In this document: positions 39,010 to 46,834 of the stretch, in pieces
How the letters are laid out: each line of letters starts with the position of its first letter
How positions within the stretch are numbered: position 1 is the first letter of the stretch
Virus record (IMG/VR): IMGVR_UViG_3300030333_002628
Coordinates: 7,266-71,265 of that record
Strand: one strand, 5' to 3'
From: a virus
DNA: 64,000 bases
The notes under the pieces: generated by a model
Seen by the model: the letters and a program-made list of their open reading frames with translations, nothing else
What the model was told of the DNA's origin: nothing
The model's database searches: none
Position numbers and translations under genes: made by a program

Positions 39010-40551
39010 ATGGAAAACAGATATGTAGCCATGCGAACCATCCTACTAACCGCCCTGCTTCTCGCAGGGGCCGGAGTAGCGTCTGCCACAGATGACTCTG
39101 TGGTGGTCGAGAAGAACGCCGACATTGGGGGCAACCTAGATGCCTGCTCAGAAGATCGAGTGGTTATCACTCAGGCAGCCCTCAGACTGACCGATGAGCC
39201 GACTGTGTGCCATCCTAACGCGGACTGGAAAGCCCGTAAGAGGAGGCGCACTCTGGCCGCCAACAGTAAGGCACAGAAGGGGGCGCGAGTCCCCAAGAGC
39301 CACAAGCGGAACGGAGAATACCCCATCCGCAAAAACCTGTTGAATCGGCCCGCCGCCATGTCTGTCGCTGGCATTCAGCCAGAGTCAGGGATGAACGCGG
39401 AACAAGTGATTGAAGTCACCGGACTCGGAGACTGGCATTGCGAGAAGACCACGCAATATGCCCGAACCGGAGAAGTGTTGACGCTATACAATCAAACGTC
39501 TGAGGGACAGTTTGAGGCTGTTGAAATCCCCCAATATGAAGAAGTGGTGAACACCAAAGGCAACCTGCAAAGGCTGACCCGCAGAAGTGACACAAGGGTT
39601 CAATTCGGGCCTGTTGGAGACAATTACACCGTCCTCCAGCACTCCGATGCAATCCGAATGGTGCATGATGTGGTTGATGCCCTTGAACTGGACTGGGAGT
39701 ATGTTGGGACTGTTGATAATGGTCGCAAAATGCACGCAGCCCTACTCATGCCTGATGATGCTGCCTTCGCCCTGCCCGACTTCAATGACGGACAGGAGAA
39801 GTTACAGCAATACATCGGTATCACGAACCAGCATGACGGGAAGGGGGCATTCTCCTTCTCGCAGTTCGTGATGAGGATATGGTGCTGGAATCAGTTCGTA
39901 GCCACATTGGGCGCAGTCGGGAACAAGGGTAAGTCAGCCAACGCTGATGTGTCCTTCCGAAAGACGTTCAGGCACAATCAGCACATGGAAGCGAACATCG
40001 CAAAGTGGTCGCAGGTCATGGCGCTGACAACCCAGCATAACAGGGCTTACATCGAACTGGTGGAAGAACTGCTGGATGTGCCGATGGATATGTCTGAGCG
40101 CATTAACTTCTACGTGAACCACTTGGGCCTCAAGGGGCATCAGAAGCGCGTAGAGGCGGACGGAACTAACCCTTACGGGCTATCCACCAAGGGCCAGATA
40201 AAACTAGACACGCTGCTAGACTTGGAGACACAGGAACAGAACCAAGTCGGGCGCATGGATGGGACTGTCTGGCAGGCTGTTCAGGTGCTTCTTGACTACT
40301 ACGACCACGAATACCTCTACGATAAGCAGGGGGACGTTTCCTTGGCACGTGCAAAGGATTCGCTACAAGGTCGGGTGGCAAAGAGGAAGGTGCTAATCCA
40401 GAAGTGCGGATTGATGTCCATTCAGGACGAATCAGCATGGAAAGAGCAGGTGTCCTTCCACGCGCACCTAGTCGAGAAGGATGATGACCCAGAGGACGAC
40501 CCAGAAGCAGAGGAGAACGCGCTTCTGGATGCGGCCCTAGAACTGGCCTAG
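39010..40551 (+). CDS. DUF932 / TIGR03299-like phage-plasmid protein with N-terminal signal-peptide-like extension
   Basis: GLGDWHCEK, RRSDT....GPVGDNYTVLQH, GTVDNGRK, ITNQHDGKGA, MRIWCWNQ, RHNQ, GTVWQAVQ..DYYDH; AAGGAGG SD. Confidence 0.8.
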   Translation: MENRYVAMRTILLTALLLAGAGVASATDDSVVVEKNADIGGNLDACSEDRVVITQAALRLTDEPTVCHPNADWKARKRRRTLAANSKAQKGARVPKSHKRNGEYPIRKNLLNRPAAMSVAGIQPESGMNAEQVIEVTGLGDWHCEKTTQYARTGEVLTLYNQTSEGQFEAVEIPQYEEVVNTKGNLQRLTRRSDTRVQFGPVGDNYTVLQHSDAIRMVHDVVDALELDWEYVGTVDNGRKMHAALLMPDDAAFALPDFNDGQEKLQQYIGITNQHDGKGAFSFSQFVMRIWCWNQFVATLGAVGNKGKSANADVSFRKTFRHNQHMEANIAKWSQVMALTTQHNRAYIELVEELLDVPMDMSERINFYVNHLGLKGHQKRVEADGTNPYGLSTKGQIKLDTLLDLETQEQNQVGRMDGTVWQAVQVLLDYYDHEYLYDKQGDVSLARAKDSLQGRVAKRKVLIQKCGLMSIQDESAWKEQVSFHAHLVEKDDDPEDDPEAEENALLDAALELA

Positions 40552-40586
40552 CCCGGATCGAGTGAGTCCACTTCGGAACAACATAA

Positions 40587-40657
40587 GTCAGCAGGGGGGG
40601 CAGAGAATCGCCGCCCCTGTTGACCCACTTTCTGCGCGGTTTTTTTTCGGTTTTTTC
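40587..40657 (+). terminator. GC-rich hairpin followed by T-tracts
   Basis: GTCAGCAGGGG...CCCCTGTTGAC stem, then TTTTTTTT. Confidence 0.65.
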
Positions 40658-40659
40658 GC

Positions 40660-40986
40660 ATTTGTAGATAAGAAAATCCCATTTGTAGATAAGGATTTTG
40701 ATTTTATTTGTAGATAAGATTTTTATTTGTAGATAAGATTTTGATTTTATTTGTAGATAAAAATTTGTAGATAAGAGGAATTTTTATTTGTAGATAATTT
40801 TTTGGGAAATTTGTAGATAAGAAAATTTGTGTATAAAAATTTGTAGATAAGAATTTGTATGTAATAATTTGTAGATAAAAATTTGTAGATAAGATGGCGT
40901 AGCCTAAATTTGTAGATAAGGCTAGTGCTGTAAATTTGTAGATAAGAAGCCAGGTGAAAATTTGTAGATAGCCCGCTTATCTACAA
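40660..40986 (+). repeat. TTTGTAGATA repeat cluster 6 (densest)
   Basis: 14 exact forward copies, 2 degenerate copies and a final reverse copy, with spacers of 1-15 nt. Confidence 0.97.
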
Positions 40987-41021
40987 TTATTGCTTATAGG
41001 CAGATACCCATTCCGCTATTC

Positions 41022-41144
41022 ATGGCAAACGGAAACAAGCCTACGAAGCACAGCCAGAAACCGCCCAGAGTTACCTTCCTGATGGAAGTGACCTTCGATG
41101 AGCAGGGTTGCACCCTGCAAATCTTCGATGTGAGGAGGGTCTGA
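41022..41144 (+). CDS. Small hypothetical protein (40 aa)
   Basis: Manual translation MANGNKPTKHSQKPPRVTFLMEVTFDEQGCTLQIFDVRRV; ATG about 28 nt below TTATAGG. Confidence 0.55.
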   Translation: MANGNKPTKHSQKPPRVTFLMEVTFDEQGCTLQIFDVRRV

Positions 41145-41145
41145 A

Positions 41146-41583
41146 ATGGATAAGGACGCGCCGATATTCCGAGGAGAGAAGATCGAAATTCCTCAGCACA
41201 TGGTCGAAGACTACCTTCACATTCTGGAACTTGGCTACGGCAACCCCCACAGCCGAAACCCAGATGATACCGAGAAAATAGACGCTCTACGCATCCTCTT
41301 GGGCAGAATGACAATCCAAGAAGAGGCAATTCAAGAACTCTGCTCGGAAGTATTCGACAACCCCAACAGACACCCGAAACTCTACGAGAATGAGGAGGAT
41401 ATGAGGCACTACGACCTTAAGCCATTCACCGACCTATGGCTAATGTATGCGAGTGATTCCAAACTCTACGCATCACAGGGAACCCTAACAGACGCAGCAC
41501 TTGAGGCAGTTAAGGAATACGAGCCAGAGAGCGACATTGAGGCCCGATTTGCCGCAATGGTTCAGAGGGGAGGGGGTTATTGA
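41146..41583 (+). CDS. Acidic hypothetical protein
   Basis: 145 aa; GAGGAGG SD. Confidence 0.7.
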   Translation: MDKDAPIFRGEKIEIPQHMVEDYLHILELGYGNPHSRNPDDTEKIDALRILLGRMTIQEEAIQELCSEVFDNPNRHPKLYENEEDMRHYDLKPFTDLWLMYASDSKLYASQGTLTDAALEAVKEYEPESDIEARFAAMVQRGGGY

Positions 41584-41760
41584 ATGACGGAATTGAGAAT
41601 TGGTCTAATTACTTCCCGCTACCGAGTTTCCCATCCTCAGATTCGACATGACCCAGAGATGGCGGAGAGGGTCAAGAAATTCTTGGCAGAGAAGCAGAAG
41701 GAAGACCGAGATCGAATGTGGGCCAGATTCGCAGAGGAGTTAGACGGACTATTATCTTAG
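41584..41760 (+). CDS. Small hypothetical protein (58 aa)
   Basis: Manual translation MTELRIGLITSRYRVSHPQIRHDPEMAERVKKFLAEKQKEDRDRMWARFAEELDGLLS. Confidence 0.55.
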   Translation: MTELRIGLITSRYRVSHPQIRHDPEMAERVKKFLAEKQKEDRDRMWARFAEELDGLLS

Positions 41761-41769
41761 AAATTCTAC

Positions 41770-41816
41770 GGTGGCGGGGGTGTTTCCGTTCAATTTTCCC
41801 CCGCTACCAAATTTTT
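41770..41816 (+). terminator. GC-rich hairpin followed by T-tract
   Basis: GGTGGCGGGGG...CCCCCGCTACC 11-bp stem right after a stop codon. Confidence 0.6.
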
Positions 41817-41826
41817 CCAGGCTACG

Positions 41827-42040
41827 ATTTGTAGATAATTTTTGAGGCTACGATTTGTAGATAAGGCCAGAATTTGTAGATAAGAATTTGTAGATAAGAA
41901 TTTTAATTTGTAGATAATTTTTTCTTTTTTTATTTGTAGATAGGCGAAAATTTGTAGATAGGGGGCCAGGCCAGGATCGGCGGCCAAAATCGGAAAAAAA
42001 TCCTGCCTGGAAAATCGGCTGAATCCGTCCTTTGTAGATA
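41827..42040 (+). repeat. TTTGTAGATA repeat cluster 7
   Basis: 8 forward copies; the last is just upstream of TTCATAAG (42047). Confidence 0.95.
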
Positions 42041-42075
42041 GGACTATTCATAAGGGGCAACACTATCCCAGAGCC

Positions 42076-42807
42076 ATGCAATCCGGCAATGGAATGTTAG
42101 AAGTAGTAAAATTGAACGCAAAAATAGGGGCTGAAACGGCAGCCTTCCTCAGAGAGAACGGCATGGTGCTAACTAGGGCACAGAACGCCATTCTAGTGCC
42201 AGAGGAGGCCGCCCACATGATGCTCTCGATTGAGGGGCAGATTCAGGCCGTAAACTGGGCCAGAGAGACCCAGAAGAACGGCCTAACGCCAGCAGAGAGG
42301 CCCGACTGCGAATGCGGGGGACACCTGAACGCAGATTACGGCCTATCGGACAGAATTCCGACCTGCTCGCGCTGCCAGACCCCCAGATTCGCGGGGACTC
42401 GCTCAATCAGGGAGAAGGTCAGCCAGACCTACGAGCCAAGCCTGTCAGACCACGTAGACGGGTTCACCTTGGTGATTAGGGACGAGCCAAAGAGAAGGGC
42501 GCTCAAGAAGACCCAGAGCGAAAGGGGCGGCCCTTGGGAGACCCAGACCCTATTCTGTGGGGCAGCAGTCCGACTAAGGGGCTTCGGGGAACAACTGTGG
42601 GCCTTCACAGACAGCACAGGCCGCTATTGCGGTGAGGGGCTTCTATGGGCCTTCGGCGTGTCCCCTAGTGGCATAACGGGCATTGTGGCAATCCACCCAG
42701 CCCAGACCGCGCAGTTCGTAGGCAGGGTTCAGATGACAGCCGACCCCTTCGACCTACTAACCACAGTAGACGCACCCAGCGCACTAATCCGCACCTACTG
42801 GGGCTAG
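42076..42807 (+). CDS. Hypothetical Zn-ribbon-containing protein
   Basis: CECGG...CSRC; ATG 29 nt below TTCATAAG; GC-rich. Confidence 0.7.
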   Translation: MQSGNGMLEVVKLNAKIGAETAAFLRENGMVLTRAQNAILVPEEAAHMMLSIEGQIQAVNWARETQKNGLTPAERPDCECGGHLNADYGLSDRIPTCSRCQTPRFAGTRSIREKVSQTYEPSLSDHVDGFTLVIRDEPKRRALKKTQSERGGPWETQTLFCGAAVRLRGFGEQLWAFTDSTGRYCGEGLLWAFGVSPSGITGIVAIHPAQTAQFVGRVQMTADPFDLLTTVDAPSALIRTYWG

Positions 42808-42843
42808 TCAAGCCAAGATCGAAAGGCTAGAGGAAAACGTAAG

Positions 42844-42918
42844 GTCTGGGGGGGCAGAAGTCCCCCCAGACTGGGCAGATTTTCGCAGGGTCGCCACCCT
42901 GATTTTTTTGATTTTTTT
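42844..42918 (+). terminator. GC-rich hairpin followed by T-tracts
   Basis: GTCTGGGGGG...CCCCCCAGAC 10-bp stem between convergent genes. Confidence 0.65.
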
Positions 42919-42976
42919 CCCAAAAATTTTCATTACTACGACTTACCCTGGGGCTACCGGGTCGAAAAATTTTTTA

Positions 42977-43363
42977 CTAAATTTTTGAAATGGGCTTTAT
43001 TAACTTCCAATGCTTGATGTTATTCTTTTTGGTTGTCAGAACTTCGCCGTTTTTCTCACATATACGCATGAATGCACCTACGGAATACCCATTCAATTGA
43101 GTCCACTTCGGAGGAACCTTCTTGTTGGCGGCTTCGGCAATTTGTGATGATGTCAACCACTCGCCTTCTGCGAAATAAGAAGACAAAGCCCACTCTATTG
43201 CTTCCGCAAATACCGTTCTCTTATTGTTGGGGCCGTGTTTTCTAACCTTGCGGTCTTGTAACTCAAACTTCTTACCAGTTCTCCTATTGCGAGTCTGGCG
43301 CTTATTACGCCCACCGTATGGCCCCTTACCCCACTTACCTGCCACGTATAACCCTCCCGCCAA
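42977..43363 (-). CDS. Basic wHTH-like protein
   Basis: EWLTSSQIAEAAN...LNGYSVGAFMR...HWKL. Confidence 0.55.
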   Translation of the reverse strand: MAGGLYVAGKWGKGPYGGRNKRQTRNRRTGKKFELQDRKVRKHGPNNKRTVFAEAIEWALSSYFAEGEWLTSSQIAEAANKKVPPKWTQLNGYSVGAFMRICEKNGEVLTTKKNNIKHWKLIKPISKI

Positions 43364-44831
43364 GAGCAGACTCCTTTCTATTTATCTTGTAACTTCCTCC
43401 CTGCCATTCCCCCTTCTTCATGGTCTTGAATACGGATGGCATATCTGGAGTCTTATACGAGAACAAATCAATTGCGTGTGCTAGAGCCATAGCACAGTCG
43501 TTATGCTTACCCAAATCTATTATCTCTCCATCGCGCCACGCATGACTCTCTAGTTCTTCTAGCACCATATTAACCATTTTCCTTGTTTCATCGTCACCAT
43601 AGGGAAAACATACTAGTTTACGCTCAAACCAAACCCTCATGCGGTTCAAAAGACCCTGCTTAAGCGTTTTATTACTCACTTTACTCTCTCTATAATCTAA
43701 TACTGCGCCCTTTTGAGAGATAAGGGGGTCATAAAGGTGCTGAAACCCTGCTGCTTCGACAGCAAAGGGGGGAGTCTTGTATTTCTTACTCCACTCAATC
43801 ATCATATCGGCCTGTCTGTCTGGAGGGAAGTCATTCCTACGCCACATATCTACGAAGTGAATATATCCTTCATCGTCTTGCGCTAAACATATCATAACGC
43901 TGTAGTCTTGTCCCAATCCATGTGCTGGGTCGAACCCAATACCGTATTTTAGACCATCTAACTTCTTAGGAGTCAGAACCGCATCCAGATTTAGGTTGCA
44001 TCTAGTTAAACTTCTTGGGAATACGCTCGCTTCGTCATCAATGACCTTACACATATACTCTTGAATAAAAGATAACTCTCCCATAGCCTCTTTCTGCTCT
44101 AACAGGAAATCTATAGGTCTAAATTCAGGCCATAACTCAATAGCAGTCACATTTTCGGGGTCAGCCTTGTATTCGTCCCAATTCTTGACCGCAGACCAAG
44201 ACCCACTCTTCCAAGTGTCGTTTTCTAACATCTCAGTATGATACAAGTCATTCATAGACATCGGAGTGCCTACACAATAGATAGAAGTGCCTGGAGAGAG
44301 CATAGGAGTGACCTTTTTCCTAAACCAATTCCTCAAACCGTCATAATTCATGTCACCAGTATCGTCTAATACGTCATCGAAGGCAATACAGGCCGGATGC
44401 TCACCACGAATCGCAGAACCAACAGATGTAGCCCGAATCCAAGCGCCATTAGTGAATCTTAACTCAAGTTTGTTGCCTCTACGGGTATCTAGGTATTTAC
44501 TTAACTGAGGGTGTCTTTTCATGTCATCTCTAATCTCTTCAAGCCTTCTAATTGCCAAATCTTTGCTCGCTGAGAATAGCCAGCACGAAAAGGGCTTATC
44601 GCGCCACTTTTCAAAGAGACATTGATGTAATAGTTTCACTCTGAGGGTAGTAGACTTACTGTGGTCTCTCGGTGCAATGACACAAACCCTATGGACTTGT
44701 TTCCCGTCTCTTTCACCATACATTTCCATCCATTCGCCAATATGTTCTCCCCACGTATAACCAAGCCACTTGTAAAAGTATTCTACGTCAGTTCTCGACC
44801 TAGCCATAGAGAAATCAGTTCCAAAAGTCAT
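43335..44831 (-). CDS. terL: Terminase large subunit
   Basis: Walker A APRDHSKST, IRGEHP, Walker B IAFDD, VGTP, FIQEY, RNase H GFDPA and HNDCAMALA. Confidence 0.95.
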   Translation of the reverse strand: MTFGTDFSMARSRTDVEYFYKWLGYTWGEHIGEWMEMYGERDGKQVHRVCVIAPRDHSKSTTLRVKLLHQCLFEKWRDKPFSCWLFSASKDLAIRRLEEIRDDMKRHPQLSKYLDTRRGNKLELRFTNGAWIRATSVGSAIRGEHPACIAFDDVLDDTGDMNYDGLRNWFRKKVTPMLSPGTSIYCVGTPMSMNDLYHTEMLENDTWKSGSWSAVKNWDEYKADPENVTAIELWPEFRPIDFLLEQKEAMGELSFIQEYMCKVIDDEASVFPRSLTRCNLNLDAVLTPKKLDGLKYGIGFDPAHGLGQDYSVMICLAQDDEGYIHFVDMWRRNDFPPDRQADMMIEWSKKYKTPPFAVEAAGFQHLYDPLISQKGAVLDYRESKVSNKTLKQGLLNRMRVWFERKLVCFPYGDDETRKMVNMVLEELESHAWRDGEIIDLGKHNDCAMALAHAIDLFSYKTPDMPSVFKTMKKGEWQGGSYKINRKESALGGRVIRGR

Positions 44832-45098
44832 TATCGTGGCCTCAATTCTTCTTCTCCGCAATAAGGACATTTGCGACCCTGTATTTTAGCAGTTAGCATA
44901 CTTTTAGCCATCCAACCGCAAGCATTACATTTGGCAGAAGTCCACATATTACTCATGCCCATACTTGTCATAAATCATTTCATTGCAACGAAGACACACT
45001 CTAATTTTACTTATAGGGAAAAGAACTGTCCCGCTTTCTGTTGGGAAAATCTTCTTACATACCGAACATTGAATCAGGTAGTCGTAGTGATGCACCAT
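44831..45098 (-). other. Two coupled small Zn-ribbon ORFs (44949-45098 and about 44831-44956)
   Basis: Manual translations: MVHHYDYLIQCSVC...CLRC and MSNMWTSAKCNACG...CPYCG; TAATG coupling at both ends. Confidence 0.55.
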
Positions 45099-46537
45099 TA
45101 TTCCACCGGGGCAAACAGATTCCCTATTACTCCTAATTCTTTGTCTACCAAGTGCGCCATCAGACCAGCCCTATTTAGAGTGAAGCCTTTTCTATAGTGC
45201 CATTTATCGTGGCCCGCAAGACTAGGTAATTGGATTACCATACAGCCCGCCTTTTCAGTTTGTTTAATGTGATGCAGATGTCCGTGAAACCAAGTATGAT
45301 GCTCGCAAGCGCCCCACTCACTTCTTGCTTCATGCGACATTAGAGCAGGTAAATCTGCGCCCCTTACTCCGTCACCATGAGTAAACCCTAATAGATTATT
45401 ACCATAGGTTGTGTATTGTCTTAGTTTCAAGTCGTCTGTAATAGTAACTCTATCACTATTCTCATAAACGGCCTGTAGATAAATCATTAAAGCAAGACTG
45501 GAATGCCTATCGTGATTACCACGCATAAAGACTACTTCTACGGGCGCGACCTTAGCAAGCATCTCTATGTGCTGTCTAGCCAGATAAGCGCCATCTCTCA
45601 ATATTAGGGCGGGGCTACCCGCAGTATCTTGTGGTGTGCCTTTAGTGGTAGTTCCCATATCATTATCGACATGGAACCAATCACTACCAGTTCCTATGAT
45701 TATCTTTTCTGGTCTACCTGGTAGCCTATCTATTAGATTCTGGGTTTGTTCCATCAGCCTTTGCTGCGCTGTCTCAAGATTGTAAGTTTCGCCAGTTTCA
45801 TCTTCCCAAGCATCCTTACCATAGTGGAAATCAGTAGGGCTGATAACTACAGCGTATGGGTTTGTATCTTTATCGACATATTGGGCGGTTTTCATCTTTT
45901 CTAGTTTAGGGGCTTTGTAAGGCTCTATAGCCAGTTCACTAAACTCGTTCAATAGTGTTTCTCTGAGAAGTCTGTATTTGTCCGCATCTCTTTCAATAGT
46001 GCGCCAATACTTTCTCTTAGCCTCTTGTAGAACATTTCTTCTCTTTTCTACTACTGCTTCATCTACTAAATCGGCAATACTCTTAATAGAAATCTCCTCA
46101 TCAGTAAAAATGTCCATCCCATGAGTCCAACCGTTGACTCGGATATAATTCTGAACCCAGTCTTCAGGAAGAGCGAATTCACGCGCTAACTCATGCGCCT
46201 TCATGTTCAAACCTTCTGCCGAGTAAGCACGCTTCATCTTCCTGTGCGTGTCACCATCTACGGCCATAAGTTCGTTACTACCAGCAATTACAGAAATATA
46301 GCAATCGCTCGTCTTATCGTAGTATACTTCCATAGAACGCACTACTTTAGGAGAGTCTATCTTCATCTCTCCGCCAGTTTTCTTACGCCAGCGCATTATC
46401 TTCAAGCGCCATGCTTCGGAACTTCTACTTGGGTCTATTTCATGTAGAAATCGACCAAACTCAGAAACACTAGTAAAACTCTTAGTGTTAGCATACTTCT
46501 CTATTAGGCTGTCTCCACCGCTACGGTAAGTCCCCAT
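45098..46537 (-). CDS. Calcineurin-like metallophosphoesterase with N-terminal extension
   Basis: TDFHYG, GSDWFH, GNHD, THGD and GHLH motifs. Confidence 0.85.
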   Translation of the reverse strand: MGTYRSGGDSLIEKYANTKSFTSVSEFGRFLHEIDPSRSSEAWRLKIMRWRKKTGGEMKIDSPKVVRSMEVYYDKTSDCYISVIAGSNELMAVDGDTHRKMKRAYSAEGLNMKAHELAREFALPEDWVQNYIRVNGWTHGMDIFTDEEISIKSIADLVDEAVVEKRRNVLQEAKRKYWRTIERDADKYRLLRETLLNEFSELAIEPYKAPKLEKMKTAQYVDKDTNPYAVVISPTDFHYGKDAWEDETGETYNLETAQQRLMEQTQNLIDRLPGRPEKIIIGTGSDWFHVDNDMGTTTKGTPQDTAGSPALILRDGAYLARQHIEMLAKVAPVEVVFMRGNHDRHSSLALMIYLQAVYENSDRVTITDDLKLRQYTTYGNNLLGFTHGDGVRGADLPALMSHEARSEWGACEHHTWFHGHLHHIKQTEKAGCMVIQLPSLAGHDKWHYRKGFTLNRAGLMAHLVDKELGVIGNLFAPVE

Positions 46538-46621
46538 TGAACAAAGGGTGTTTCATACCCCTTATTAACATTCGCACGAATTGTAATTCTTTCAGTATGT
46601 TCCGTATTTAGTAACAAAATT

Positions 46622-46794
46622 ACAGGCTTGCAGTATAACGGTTTTTTTATTTCTTCAATTATTTCATAAGAGGTTTTAGTTAGGGAACCCTTACTATCTC
46701 TAAACTACCTTTGAAGAAATTAAAAAAATTAGCAAAAATAGAGCAATATAACGGTTTTAAACTGAAAAAAAGCCGAAAAAATACAAAAAGAATG
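46622..46794. repeat. Element B: inverted homolog of element A, between divergent genes
   Basis: Reverse complement aligns with 30344-30515 (AAAACCGT.ATA.TGC; ATTTCTTCAAAGGTA.TTTAGA; TAATTGAAGAA; TATACTGC.AGCC). Confidence 0.8.
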
Positions 46795-46834
46795 AATACG
46801 AAGGTTAAAGAAACAAAGGAAACGTGGATTAGAC

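Noticed and set aside
38950-39300. RNase P RNA (ACAGAAGGGGGC resembles CR-V), hammerhead ribozyme or self-splicing intron
   Set aside because: No GAGGAAAGUCC CR-I partner, no intact CUGANGA/GAAA core, and no group I P7 or group II domain V pattern found.
40660-40986. CRISPR array; the repeat resembles the Cas12a repeat 3' end (TCTAC...TTGTAGAT)
   Set aside because: The unit is only 10-13 nt, the spacers are 1-15 nt, irregular and low-complexity, orientations are mixed, and no cas effector is present.
41790-42081. Minus-strand ORFs with repeated YLQI/LSTN peptides
   Set aside because: They are translations of the DNA repeat cluster, not credible genes.
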